Positions 34,080 through 47,145 of a DNA stretch of 64,000 nucleotides are shown here, one piece after another. The stretch's first letter is position 1; the number at the start of each line of letters is the position of its first letter. The notes beneath the pieces were generated by a model that ran no database searches, was not told the DNA's origin, and saw nothing but the letters and a program-made list of their open reading frames with translations. This DNA comes from Podospora anserina (Eukaryota). The stretch spans positions 124,001-188,000 of the forward strand of contig CM030332.1 of the NCBI GenBank assembly GCA_017654855.1, written 5' to 3'. A program made the position numbers and the translations under genes.

Positions 34080-37000
34080 ATGGACCGTGGTCGTGGAGGT
34101 GGTCGTGGGCGCGCGACCAAGAAGCAGCGTGCCGGTCTACCACCATCTCACCATCCATATCCGGAATCACTTCATACGCCAGGCCCTTCATTTGTCTCTC
34201 CGGATGTTTCTCTCTTACCAAAAGTCCCCCAGTCAGCTCCCCAACGCGGGAACAAATCCAGGCCGGTAAATCAAACACCACATCGCGCCTCCTCACCCAT
34301 GAGCATGCCAACTACAGCAACCACGTCAGCACACCACAGCTTTCGGGCATTCGCTCCAAAAACCGACAAGCCTGGTAGAAGCAACACTTTCCACTCGAGC
34401 TTCACCTTTGAGTCGCCAACCAATCATGGAATGGCACCCGAGGCTCCCATGGGCCGGAAGAGAGCCAAAACCTTTGAGACGGCCACTACGGCCAGCTTTG
34501 AGGGTGAAGACGAGGCACATTCAAAAGGTGGACACTCTCTTAGAAAGAGGACTCGTATTGACTACGCTCAAGTTCTCGACGATGAGATTGGCCTTGCTGC
34601 GGCGAGAAACGGTGCCGAGTTGCCCCCGAAAATGACGGCAGCTGCTCCCACTGTTGCCCGGCCACGCAAGAGAAAAGGCGCCCATTCACAAGATGATACG
34701 GACGATGAGGCCGATGATGTCTCGTCGACTACGAAGCGTCGACGAGCTGACAAGTCTCCTGCTGCCCCTCGCGCCGCATCGCGTCGCCGGAATACCGGCA
34801 GGAAACTGCCCACCGGAATGAGCGCCTACATCGATCAGCCATCAGACAACGATGCCGTGCAGGACACGATTCTTGTTGGGGTTTCAATGGATGCGGATGA
34901 GGAATCGGAACAATCATCATATCGAGAATCGGATTCAGCACCTTCATCTCCAGAAGGAACTAACCCAGCAAGGCGACAAGACCAGCAGCCAGAGACGTCG
35001 AAGCAGAGAGACCCTGTAGCTGCGATCAATCAGCCGGCGATGATTGTACCAGAGAATGGAACGGGATTGAATTTACCTGCCGCTGAGGTGAATGGCCAAG
35101 TGAATTCAAACGGCATTGAGTCGGCGATGGATCTCTCGTTGGACCATGTGCCCGAGACTGCTCCAAATTCTGCCCAACCACGAGGCCCCGTTCAACTTGA
35201 ACAGAGTCGTCAAGAGCAACACCATGAGGAGCAACACCACAACGCCCCTTCTTTGATTGAATTAAACGGGACCCATTTGGAACAACAACAACAACAACAA
35301 CATCAGACAGAAAAGCTTGACCCAGTTTCCGGCTTTCCAACTCCCGCCACAAAATCTCTTCAGCCTGCCACGGAAAACTCGGTAGCTTTGTCCCAGCTTT
35401 CCGAGTCTATTGCGCCAACGTCAACCGACAATACAGCTTTAAGACAAAGTTTTACCGCCGCAGAATCGCCAGTTCCCGAACCGATCCCCCAGGAGCTGGT
35501 GCCAGTTCAGAAACCAAAGCCCCAGGGATCACCAGCTGTGGAAAGTGCGCCTGGTCAATTTGACGGCGCTGTCCAGCTAGAGTCAGGATCACCTCGCGAA
35601 GTCGATCCGCCGGAAGCGCAGTCACTGTCGACGGCAACAGTTGCCAGTCGGCCAGTCTTGCGCGCGCCCAAGCCCGTGGGACCTGCGCGCCTGCCAAGGT
35701 TGGAGCGCATCTACGAGGCCGAGACTCCTTTTGCCTCAGCGCTCAATCTCGAGCCATATGAGGACGAGGACGTCATCTTGCCCGGCCCATATACCGAATG
35801 GGTGTACGCTGAAGAAGCACCACCCACGCCAACACCAATGCCGACTCCGACACCGACTCCCATGCCCATGGATAACATCATGTCAGAGGTTACTTGGGAT
35901 GTGACCAGGCCGCTCAGGAGAAAGGACTTTGACAAGTTGCACCGGATAGAATCAAAGCGGCGCGAGGAACAAGGCCTCCCTCCAATCACTTTCCGAGATT
36001 TCAACAATGAATGTGCGCGGCTTCACCAAGCTGCCATCAAGGCCCAGTGTCGAGCTCAAGTCACGTCTACTCCCCAGCGTCAAACGGCGCCGGGAGTTAT
36101 AGTTAGCCCTTCCAGGAAGACACTACCAGATAGCGAAACTTTGGAGCCACAGTTGCCAACTGCTGCGCCGTCGCCAGCTGCGGAAGATGATGGTCAACTC
36201 GATGCTCAGTTCGATGGGATGGATGACCAGCAAGAAGCAGATGACGACCAAGAGCCAGATGAAAATGAAGCCCCGATACCAAATCGGCAGAGCAAGCGCG
36301 CAATGGATCCAATCGAGGTTACTAAGGACTATCCTCGTCAGTACCTTTTCCCTAAACTCCGGGACCCTGCCGAGTTTGCTGCCCTGCTAGAGAACCCCGA
36401 GGAGCTGGATACGGAAACTCTGGTCAATTCGACTGCCGCCGCCGTCGAGGCCCTTCACTCTTATCAGCAGGAGTACCAAGAACTTAAAAGGATAATCGAC
36501 GATGAGGAGAACTCCAAGAGACGACAAGCTAACGACAAGACCATTGCCAACTGGGAAAATCGCCAAAAGGATGACGAGCCGCTGCCGTGGCGTCGTCACT
36601 ACGATGAGCCGATCAAGGGGCCTCCTCCCTTTGAGCTCCGAGGTGCACGGGCTCCTAAACCCTATGTCGACGACCCCGTTCTCGAATATCAGCGTGAGCA
36701 AGATCGCATCATGGCCCAGGCGTATGGCTTCAAGCACAATAACCATGTGTCCTTGATTGGCCGTCAGAATCCCGAGGAGCAGCGGTGGGAGGCGCCGGAA
36801 ACAAGGCTCCGAGAGCGCAAGAGAACCGAGAAGGCTGCCGAATTGGCGGAAGACAATGTTGTTGAAGGGAAACGAACAAGAAGACCTCGTCAGATTGCCG
36901 ACCAGAGCAAGGAAGCCAGCCGCGCAGGCACCCCAGCTCTCCCCGCCCCTCCCACAAGGCGCCCACGCAAAACAGCGACGACAGCTGTCACCAACGGAGA

Positions 37001-38632
37001 TGTCATTGAATCAACCGACCCGGCGCCCATCCCAGAGTCTGTGACAGAGTCTCCACGCAAGCAACGCGCTGCAGCAGCCGCAGCCCGTGCCAGACAAATC
37101 GCAGACGAGGAGTCAGCCTCTTCGGTTCCTCCCCAGGATAGCAGTCAGGGCGACGAAGACTATAATGGCACACAGCCTGCCAAAGTTCGCAAGCGCGAAG
37201 CTGTGGACGCGCCTTCGTCTGCACGCACATCAGAACCCGTCAAACCCGGAGCCAAGAACAAGCGGTTTAGCAAGGCTCCAACTTCAGCGCCCATGCCGTC
37301 GGCTCCCGAGACTATTATGCCTTCCTTCTACGGCCACCCATCTGCAGCCTCGGCCCAGCCCGAGTCCAGACCATCGACCGCATCCTCTGAACGATCCGAT
37401 CGCACTGCTGAGACGACCGAGTCGACGTATTCTCTACGTGACAAGCGCAAGCGCAACTTTGTGCTTGAGAATGATCCCGAGCTCGAGGCTCGCCCGCAGA
37501 GACGCAAGGTTCCTCAAAAGTCACTGAATAACAATCCCGAACCGAACGTAAAGCCGACGGCTACCAAGAAACCACGCCAGCCTCGTCAAACTCCCCTTTC
37601 GCGTCCTCCACCGGAACCAACACCGGCTCCTCCCGTCGAGCAAGCGCCTCCCCAGTTTCCGATTGCGCCTCAGCAAGTTGCGCCCCCGCCCCCCCCAAGC
37701 GGAGGTTTGAAGGCACCCACCTTGATCTACAGCAGCCCTGCGGTGCCGCAACCAGTTCCTGTGCTGGCTCCGGCGAAGCCATCTGGACAGCCACCGGGGC
37801 CGTTCTTGCATACCTTCAATTCGGCTCCTGCTTTCCAACACGGAATCCCCCCTCCACCTGCCGCTCCGCCGGCCATCAAGAAACCGATCACGAGGATCAA
37901 GCTCACCAACACGACTGGTCTTGTCAAGGGCAGGCCAATCGGCAAGGGCTCCCGTGGTGGCGGCAAGCCGGGCGGCTCCACGTTGAATGCAGAAGGCAAA
38001 CTGCCAACCTTGACCGAGCTCCAGGCTGAGGCGCCAGAGAAGAGCTACTCGGAAATGAGCAAAAGTGAAAAGATGAGCTACTCGATGAGAAGTGAGTTCT
38101 TACCCCTCAACAACATGTTGTTTTCGGTATGCTAACAAATGACACAGGACGCTGGGCTTCGGGAGAGATGCAAGGCGCGGTCGAAAAACGCCGGACGACC
38201 CTCGCCAACAAGAAGGCGGAGAAAGCGACTGGCCGGCCTGGTGAAGATTCGGCTCCTGGATCGGCCAATCACTCGGGAGCGAGCACACCCCAACCGCAGC
38301 CCCAAATGCTGCCGCAGCCACCGCAAGTTCAGGCTCTGCCACCAGTCCAGCATCAGATTCCAGCACATCAACCACCGATGGGCATGATGATGGGCTCAGG
38401 GCCTCTTGCCTTGCCTGGAGGCCCTCCGCCCCCGCCTGCTCCTCATGGTCCACCGGTCCTTGTGCAGCCGAGAACTCTGCAGCCTCCGCCTGCCATGCAA
38501 CATCCTCAGCCTTGGGGTCCGCCGTCTATCATGCCAGGACAAGCAGGGCAAATGGTATTTTCGTTCCCTCCACCACCTCATCAGTTCCACGGTCATCCGG
38601 GAAATCCAGGGCATTCTGGACCCATGAACTAA
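34080..38632 (+). CDS. Large (~1500 aa) low-complexity, probably nuclear, hypothetical protein; one intron ~38092-38147
   Basis: 1351-codon ORF plus a final exon; basic NLS-like clusters, coiled-coil segment, motif YSEMSKSEKMSYSMR|RRWASGEMQGAVEKRR; Pro-rich tail. Confidence 0.8.
35282..35302 (+). repeat. (CAA)n microsatellite encoding poly-Gln
   Basis: aacaacaacaacaacaacaac within the ORF (EQQQQQQHQ). Confidence 0.8.
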
Positions 38633-39121
38633 ATCGTATGAGATGAAAAGATCGATCTCTTGTTGTCAATTGGAGGAAAGGAACCGTTGATGGGAGGAAA
38701 GGATGTTGATTTACACGAGAGAGGAAACACCAGTCGTGTGGAGTGTTTGGACGGAATGGCGTCATCTTTTGTAGCGGTCTGGTGTCAAAGGCCGCGTTTT
38801 CCGTAACAAAAAGGAGCGGGTGAAGAGAGTTAAAGATCTCGGTTTTTTTCAGTTGTTCGGGTCAAAGCAGTCATTTTCCAATCTCATGGGAGAAGAGGAA
38901 CTTGATGGGGATGGACGGATCTGGGGCGGTAGGCTTGGCATGGTAGCATACAGCATGGGCGGCAAAAGCGATGTATATTTTTGCATTAGCATTTTCACTG
39001 CACTGCAGAGCGTGGTGTGGGATTTGCATTCGGCAATCGGGACATGGCATCAAGGTCGGGTACACTGTGTAAACAGCATCGATGGCAGCAGGTAGCAATA
39101 CTGGACTACATTGTTGCCTCT

Positions 39122-40144
39122 CTAATTGTCTTGGTCATCTTCCAGGACAGTCTCGAATGCCTTGGGTATCCTCATAAAATCACTCTTGTCCCTCTGAACT
39201 GCCACACCCGGCCTCACCAAGCTCAACCACTTTCCATCACCAGGATGCAGCCCCTCGCCCAAGTCCTTGTACACCTGCACGCTCACCAGCGTCTTGTCCC
39301 CAATCAGTCTGATCCTCATGACGGTCTCGGTGTAGCACTTCCCGCAAAACAAACCCTCAATTTTCTTTTCCTCCTCCTCACTCTTCCACTCGTGCTTCTT
39401 CTCCGCTCCCTCCGAGTCAGTGGTAGTGAAATTCACAGCCGAGTACCGCACGTGGTTCTTCCCTTCCCCTTTGACGCTCGTAAACTTGATGTGGGTGTGC
39501 AAGCAGGGTTTAAAGTCCCTGTACCCGGAGCCGATGAGGCCGTTCTTGACGACGGCGTGCCCGTGGGTGGTGGCCTCTGTCCAGCCGCCTAGGTCGGTCT
39601 GCAGGATGAAGGCGAGGGCGAACTCGAGGTGGAGGGTTTTTTGGGCGGTGATGAGGGGGGTTAGGACCCAAGATAGGGAAGGGTTGGAGCCGGTGGTGGC
39701 TGCGCAGGCGAGGATGCCTAGGTCTTCGGAGGGGTTGAGGGTCTTGGTGCGGTGTTTTCTGAGGAGCTCGTAGAGGTGGTAGAAGGAGATGGAGAGGGGG
39801 AGGGATTTGTGGATTGGGGGGAGGGTGGTTAGGCAGCCTAGGGAGGGGTCTTTGCTGAGGGTGGACCGAATCTCGTGGAAGGCGTAGGAGGAAGGGAAGG
39901 GGTCGATGGGGGGTTGATTGCCGGAGGGTTTGGTCTTTGAGCCGCTGGGGAGGAGGGACGAGTCAAAGAGAATGGGGTTGCGGGCCGGGTTGTGTTTGTT
40001 GCAGCCGTCGTTGGGACCGTGGACACAAGGGAGGTTGCCTTGCCATGTTTCAGAGTCGGGAAGAAGGGTGATCTCCTGGGAGAGAGAGGGAGGTGGTGGG
40101 AGGGGAGATTCCTTGTGACGGAAGAAGGATTTGAGTTTGTTCAT
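39122..40144 (-). CDS. Hypothetical protein; C-terminus resembles the CxxC..DLG..P.D..W tail of fungal F-box-associated proteins
   Basis: Open ~340-codon frame with C-ending codon bias; FCGKCYTE...VYKDLGEGLHPGDGKW. Confidence 0.65.
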   Translation of the reverse strand: MNKLKSFFRHKESPLPPPPSLSQEITLLPDSETWQGNLPCVHGPNDGCNKHNPARNPILFDSSLLPSGSKTKPSGNQPPIDPFPSSYAFHEIRSTLSKDPSLGCLTTLPPIHKSLPLSISFYHLYELLRKHRTKTLNPSEDLGILACAATTGSNPSLSWVLTPLITAQKTLHLEFALAFILQTDLGGWTEATTHGHAVVKNGLIGSGYRDFKPCLHTHIKFTSVKGEGKNHVRYSAVNFTTTDSEGAEKKHEWKSEEEEKKIEGLFCGKCYTETVMRIRLIGDKTLVSVQVYKDLGEGLHPGDGKWLSLVRPGVAVQRDKSDFMRIPKAFETVLEDDQDN

Positions 40145-40502
40145 GTTGAGTGGAAGGATCAAGAACAACGCTGTTGACCTGAAGAAGGGATGATCTGACC
40201 ACTCTCTGTTTTTATACAATCTTGGTGGCGGTCGAGGTTAGGAACGTCATTGATTTTAGCGTTTCGTTCTAAACTCTGCCAAGTTCTCTCTAGAACATAA
40301 TGAGAACCCCCTGACCACTGCGTGAGATTGTGAGCGGCTTGGCCGTGGTGGCTGCCTCCGACTGCGCCAACCAGCTGAACAGTCTTTCTTCTACACCACG
40401 GACAGTCCGTTCTAGAAAACCAAACACAGCCCCATCAATATCGCAGAAGCATCAGATAAGCATGTTGTTGTCCCACACGCACTGGTATCCCAGATCAGGA
40501 AA

Positions 40503-41072
40503 TCAGTTCGGACTCAGTTCATCAATCACTGCCCTCGAAGCAGCGCTTGCCGCTTCAAAGATTGCTCGCCCGTCCTCAGACTCCAACTTGACTTTTTGCT
40601 CCTGTTTGTCATTCCTGACCATGGCTGTTAGCGTCTCCTACATAGTCGTGATGGGCTATTGCCAAGCTCACATGGTCAAGAGTTGCGCGCCAAACACAAA
40701 CAGCCGCGATAGGGAGCTCAAGAACTCAATCGCGCTTCCGTCTCCCTCTTTATCGGATTTCAACCCCGCAAACACTCGCTGAGCTTCAGCGACGGCCTTG
40801 TCCAGCTCAATCCCTAGTTCCGGCAAGACGACGTCGGCTCCTTGGGCGCAGACTGCGAGTTGAGTCGCATGCTGCCGGAAAATGGCAAGTCTCGCGGCGA
40901 AAGCCCTGGCTGGCGATAACTTCACCGGCAAGCCCTTTCCTATCTGGTTGTCTGGGTCTTCGCTGTGTTCTGTCCCGGCGAGCGAGATTGTGGCAAGGGC
41001 GGCGGTTGCGGCATCAGACAAGGCCGTGCACTTGGCTTCGAGGGAGGTTTTGTCAAAAGTAGCGTCAGCCAT
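40503..41072 (-). CDS. Small all-helical protein (~170 aa), possibly a HeLo-like/STAND N-terminal-domain relative; one intron
   Basis: Exon 1 ends LLTM at a GTGAGC donor, with GCTAAC branch and CAG acceptor; exon 2 NDKQEQKVKLESEDGRAIFEAASAASRAV ends at TGA 40503. Confidence 0.65.
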
Positions 41073-41390
41073 TAGGAAAAGGGGATATGATATCTTGGCT
41101 TAATCCAAAAAGCAGGTGGGACTAAACGAAGCTGATGGTTTAAGTGTGAGTGGTTGATTACCGGCATGAATCCGGTGCTGTAATTAGAGACTGACTCGGC
41201 TTTTTATCCAAGTGCGGGGTTTGAAAAGGCCAGTCATATCCAACACAAGAAAGATGGTAGGTGGCGGAAACGGGGCATATCACCTACACGGAATGCCACG
41301 TTCCTGTCGCGAAACAAGCACGGTCCCAAAGCAGGACAGTGTTCTGTGAATAATTCCAAACTTTCCGCGACACCCACTGTATTCTGAGAC

Positions 41391-43440
41391 CTAAGCTAAT
41401 CCTGACGCTGACTGACTGGGCACCTGCTTGTCATCTCGTATCACCATTGCGAGCAATTGGCAGGCCTTGGTCTTGCTCATAGGGTGACACTCACTCATGG
41501 GCCGGCCATCTTTGGGCAAAAACATGTCCCATCCCGAAACCTCGATGTTGTCTGGATCGATAGCCTGAGGTGGACAACTTCCATCGAGCAAGATAGGATA
41601 CTTGGTAGCTCTCACAAAGGCGATGTCATACCAGATTGCATGTCTTTGCTGGTTTCTCCGTTCGTCGCGCTGGTAGGCTTGGTAGCCCCCCAACCGGGAG
41701 GGTTGCCGGACGGCACCCACCAACACAGTCCACAGACCTCCAGGTATCAAGTTGCGCACCCTTCCCACTCGCTCTGGCCCTTTTGTGGTGCTGTGAAGGT
41801 TGAACAGACCCTGCACAGACATGGGGCGAGGGTTTCTGGATATTGTCTCCTGGGACGGTAGGTGTTTGGCTCAGACAAGATTCATTTTCACCTCCTCAGC
41901 CAACTGGTCGTTTCGCATTTCAGGAGTGTGAGATGTCTCGAAATAGTAACGCAGGCTGGCCCTGAGCACATCAGGGGGAATGAACATGTCGGCTAAAAGA
42001 TGACACCGGACAGACCGTGACTGGTTTCCTGGATTACGGGAAAACCGTGGCTGGTTTCCTTCGTTGTGGTCTACCTCATCGGGGTCCGTTAACTCATGCA
42101 AGATCAGCTGCAAAAAGGGAAAGCTTTTCAGATTCGGGAGTCGGCTGAAGGACAAGTCGCCGAGCCAAGGTTGGCGTCGTACGGCATGAGAGTAGGTACC
42201 GGCATGGAAAATGTCTGTCTGTACGTATTTGTCGACCTGTGCAAAATACGCATAAAGTTCGCCAACTGGCCCGTCAGATTCCCTATTGGGGTCTTCGAAG
42301 ATATGTAAATGCTCCAGATCTTTCATGGAGTTGATGATAGACCCGAACTCGTCAAGCAGCTCCTCACAGCCACTCCAGTTGATACAGACAGCCAGCTCGA
42401 CGGTTGCTTAAAAGGTCTCGTGGCGAAGAAGAGGAACGATAACAGCCAGCGGCAATGGTCCGAACGGAAGCCAGTCAACTTGATCCATTCCAGCAAAGGC
42501 GTGCCCAAGCAGTTGTCTCGCTGCGCCTTGCCTTTGTCTGAGACGATGCTTGGTTGAATCTTCGTTTAGAGTTGTTCGGAGGAGAAGTTGGGACATGAAA
42601 ATTTCCATCATATCTTCAAGAAGGCCGGCATGGTCCGAGTGATCATCGTCCAATATTCCCCTCACTAGGACTCTCGTGGCTTGCTGCAGTAAAGAAGCTG
42701 GACTAGTTCCTGGCTCAGGCTTCTTCTCGACATGCTCGTTTGCGGTAGCACTCTTGTTCCAAGGGCCCCCTGGCCACAGATCTGAATAGGCAAAACCATG
42801 TTAGTACAGAACCGAATACGAAGACAAAGGTTCAAAAAGACCGCTCACCATCCAAAGCATCACCATCGGGCTGCTGGCCGTCCTGCACTTGACCCCAAGG
42901 TGAGCTGCCGTGAGCTGTGCGAGACTCCCGGTAATCGTAAACACCCAGGGGTACCATCAGATCCATAAACCCTGCTCTTTCAGGACGTACTGCAAAGAAG
43001 CAATGCGTAATCTTTGACAGATCCGTTATATCCAAAATTAGATGGCCTTGGGTCCTGCCGCCATCGCTTGGTTTGAATCCTTGGTTGATTCCCAGATCAG
43101 GAATCAAAAGGCGAATGGAGATTCTTGGAAATACAGAAACGATCTCATTCACAATAGCTGTATAGAGACAGTGGGCGATGAAGGGGAAGCGAATCGCTGG
43201 ATCGGTTTCATGGGTTCCAGCCGCAATTGGGTCTCCAGGCGGGCGGTCTCGATAGTAAACGCTAGCAAGGACAAGCTCGCCGCTCAGTGCTTTCCTGTCG
43301 GCACTTTGAGAGAATGCCTCTTGGAGAGGCTCGTAGCTTGACCTGGGCCAAAATCCATGCGCCGAGGATGCTGGATAGATTTCGGCTATGGCAAGGGAGC
43401 GATACCGCCCCGCAACATGGGCAATGACTGTTGTTCGCAT
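41391..43440 (-). pseudogene. Disrupted uncharacterised fungal gene with two in-frame stops
   Basis: After the intron at ~42783-42848 the same frame continues through TAA (42408-42410) and TGA (41871-41873) into the 151-aa and 143-aa ORFs. Confidence 0.7.
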
Positions 43441-44259
43441 TTTGAGTTGATATTGCTGATCGTCGTTCTTGAGATCGGAGGGGCCGCCGACTATCGGATG
43501 ATGTCATATAAGGTTGGTGGGCAGGCGGATGGCAATGGAAAACCTCAGGCTTTGGGTGTGTTGACGAAGTGGGGGTGACGGAGGAGATGAGGCCCATATA
43601 AGGTCGTCAACCACGTTGAGTGTGCTACAAGAGCAGTGTGACATGGAAAAAGAATTCCTGTACCCAGTGCCTTTGTATTTAGTAGAGTCTTCGTATCACC
43701 GATGGCTCCCGATTGCTGATAATTCTGCTCTTTGCCTAGCTGCTCGACAAACCCGTCTATACGTACCTTGCCTTATATTTCCTCGAGTCAGCACAAGTTT
43801 CTGGATCCTGACCCTGACGCCGAGATAATAGGGAAGGGACCTCAAACGCCTATTACGTAGGTCCTAATTAGTGAACTGCTGTGGATAGTCCCAGTAGGCT
43901 TAGAGGGTACCTACCTAATCATCCATCAAGCTACAATCGGAAAATAATGCGGGAGGGTTTGGGGGAATTGCCTGACCAGGCCATAAAGTCAAGGTTCATA
44001 TGCGCGAAGCGGCCGGAGTGTACGCGAGAGAGATGTATGGAATTGGTCTAATCTGACTTCTAAATCTTCAAGTCCTCGTGGTAAGACATAATGCCACGGT
44101 ACCATGTTGGCCTTTTCCCAACCAAAGATATAACACAAACCTTCCCAAACGCCGAAACTCCATGTTGGATAGCAGAGAATCATGAAATGCTCTTGGTGGT
44201 AATCCCCCGCAGTCTGTTATTTCTCCAACAAAAGAAGCTCTGTCCCTGGTTAACCCCAT

Positions 44260-45059
44260 CTAGAGGAGGAATCCCGCAAGTCCGCCAACAAGACCCAGGC
44301 TCAGGCCAGCAGTGATAGCGGCACCGGCCGCACTCTGGGACGAGCTTGTGACAGTCCCAGTCGCGGTGCCCACAGGAGTCCCAGAGACCTCAGTGACGGT
44401 GGCACTTGGCTCCTGTTGCTTTCCCTCCATGGAGGCAGAAGTGGAAGCTAACGATTCCAACAAGGAGGACAGCGACGCCAGAGACGAAGTGACAGGATCG
44501 ACCTTGCCCGTGACAGCACCGGAGGACGACGACGGAGTCGGAGCGACGGTGCCGATCACGGCGGTGCTGGTCTCGAGGATCCTGCCCGAGCTGGTGAAGA
44601 TGACCTCGACGCCCTCGAGAGTCTTGCTTGCAGTGGTAGCAACGGGGCGGGCTGTATGAAACATGGTCAGCCAATTCTCCAGGGTTAGAGATTAGTTAGA
44701 GATTAGAAAAGACATACCTCTGCCGCAAATATCTTTGCCCTCAGAGATAACCCACTCGGCCTGTTCGATGTTTTCGCAGGACTCAACTGCACAATCATGG
44801 ATGCCATAGTTGAAATCGGGTTTGGAGCACAGGCAGTAGATGTCGTCGGGCTGTTGGCAACCGAGGTGCATGTGGAGCGCTAGCATATTGCTGATGCACG
44901 ACTGCTTGGTATGTTAGCAACATCACCGTTCACAGAAGCACGCAGCAGGTAATTGTCACTGACGGCACAGTTGGGAAGGCCAAACTTGGGTAGCTGCTGG
45001 GCAGAAGCGAGGCCGGCCAGGGCGGCAACGACCAAAGTGGAAGCAGTCGTAGTCTTCAT
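44260..45059 (-). CDS. GPI-anchored CFEM-domain protein, two introns
   Basis: Signal peptide; 8-Cys pattern PNCA|QSC..GC...D..CLC...F..GIHDC..ESC....IC; Ser/Thr-rich stalk; hydrophobic C-terminus. Confidence 0.9.
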
Positions 45060-45455
45060 CGTCTCTGCTGTAACTGGTGATGTTTGCTTGAGATCGGAGG
45101 CGCAATAGATTCTTGTTGGGTGAACGGTGACTGTTGTGGTTGGTTGGTTCAGGTTAACGGATCATGCAACAGAGAAGTTTTTAAAAAGATGGAGCAGAAG
45201 CCCGAGGGCTTTTTGCCCTGGGCTGAAATTTTGATAAGCCTCAAACAGCAAGAAGCTTTGGGAGGCACACAATCTGAGAAAGAAATGACGAGCCGCCGTA
45301 CAATTTGCTTGAAAGTTTGATGATCGCACCAGAAAACGTCCCAGCATGTAAATTCAACAGAAGAGATGCCTGGCTATTCAAAATACACCGATAGATAACC
45401 AATTGAGAGCCCAGATTCGTCCTACTTGGGTGCACAAAATGTCCAACTGGGCCCC

Positions 45456-46436
45456 TCACGAAGCAAGCCACAAGCCACCAGCGAGGGCACCTCCGGCCAC
45501 GGCCCACAAGCTTATGGCCTTCCTCCCCACCGCAACGCCTCTCATGCTTTGAACCAGCTTCTCCCCAAGTGGCTGGATACTCCTTTCGAAGGAATCGTAA
45601 TCTTTGGCAGCCCAATCAGCCCCATCCTTGCCAGGCACTGCATCTTCGCCCGTAAACGCCACATACAGCACATCCATTCCGTCGTAGCCGCTGTCACCTG
45701 TCAAATTCTTTCCCCAACAGGCGGTGGCAAGCGCTATGCTTACCTCGCCTACCATGGGCTTGTCGCCATCATCTCCGTTTGTGTCGCCCCAGATGCCATA
45801 CACCAGCTTGTTGCCTGGGCACACAACAGCCATGACGGACAATGGTCGCACGCCGTAGTCTGTTGGGTCAAACGTCCGCCAACCAGGTTTGCTACCGCTA
45901 TTTCCAAAGACGACATACGGGTGTACATAAGTGTTAAGGTCGGATATGCCAACTTTGAAGGACTGGATGAGGTCTCGGAAAGCCGTCGCGTCTTGGTAGT
46001 CCGGACTTCTTCCTAACGAGCACCTTCCGTCGTCTTGACTACCACCTTGCACGCCGTCGCAGTCGACATCCATGTTGGAAAGGGTTCCATTGCCGCCGGA
46101 GAGGTAGATGATGGAGGGTCGATGGGGGTCATTGGTGCAGTATGAGGTGGCTTTGCAGATGTCAGCACGATGCTAAGGATGACAGTCTTCATCGGACATG
46201 AACGTACTGTTTGTGCCATCATCAATGCTGTAAAAGCCCCCGGCCAAGCTATGTTGGCACGACGCGACCCTGTCCTTCAGCCCTTGGTAAAAGTCGTTCA
46301 AGTTCTGGGGGACAGCATTGGCAAGGAAGGAGCTGTCGCCAGATGTTGGAGTCGCGGCGAGAAACAATAATAGTGTGCCGAATGTTCTCTTGCAGAATTG
46401 AAGAGTGGGATATCGCATCGGATTCGCCGTGGACAT
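45456..46436 (-). CDS. GH75 fungal chitosanase with a hydrophobic C-terminal anchor, one intron
   Basis: NMDVDCDG, PYVVFGN, PLSVMAVVC, YGIWGDTNG, GEVSIALATAC, DVLYVAF.G..AVPG. Confidence 0.92.
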
Positions 46437-47145
46437 GATCGCGGGCTGGAAGTTGGGGTCCAGCAACTATCTTGTGGAAATTGCATAAAAATCCAAAAAC
46501 GTTACCTGGCTATTCTCTACTGCGTCTTTGCGCAAATGAAATGGAATAGAAAACAGGGCGTCATCGTGCTTTTCTCTTGCGCGACCTCACATCTCATGAC
46601 AGGTCGTGAGAGGCGGCGCAGCTCCCTGCATTCACGGTCCACTCAGCGGACAGGCCCGAGCCGGAAATCGCGGTCGGATTTAAGCTTCAGCTGGTGCTTC
46701 TTCGGACGGCAACCGCAACGGCCCAGTCGGAAAAGAGGTCGCCGAGGTGAGACAACCTCACAGACATCGTATTGCGCATTTTGACCTCCAAAAAGAAACA
46801 CCACGAGTGCCCTTCACAATCAGCCAACCAGTCTCGGGGAGACACGCCTGACGGAGCGACCGCAGAATTGAAAAGTTGCGCTTCCGAAGGCGCCGGAATG
46901 ATTTGTGTAAGATTTCGACGCGCTGATCGGCTTGAAACATTAAACTGACCATGTTATCACTCTCAGTGTCTTTGAGATGGCGTCGGATTGTCGTGATGTT
47001 CGGTGGCGCTGTTTTTCCGGCCGGAGGCCCCGCAAGATGTCCAGTCCAGTGTTTCCGTCACCTATCGCCTAGAGAATCGCGCTATCTGGTAACAGCAACC
47101 CTTCGGCTTCCGACTCTTTGTTCACTGATATCTCCGCACACCAAG

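Noticed and set aside
43989..44259. Possible gene fragment (VLPRGLEDLEVRLDQF)
   Set aside because: Too short to support; may be a remnant but cannot be assigned
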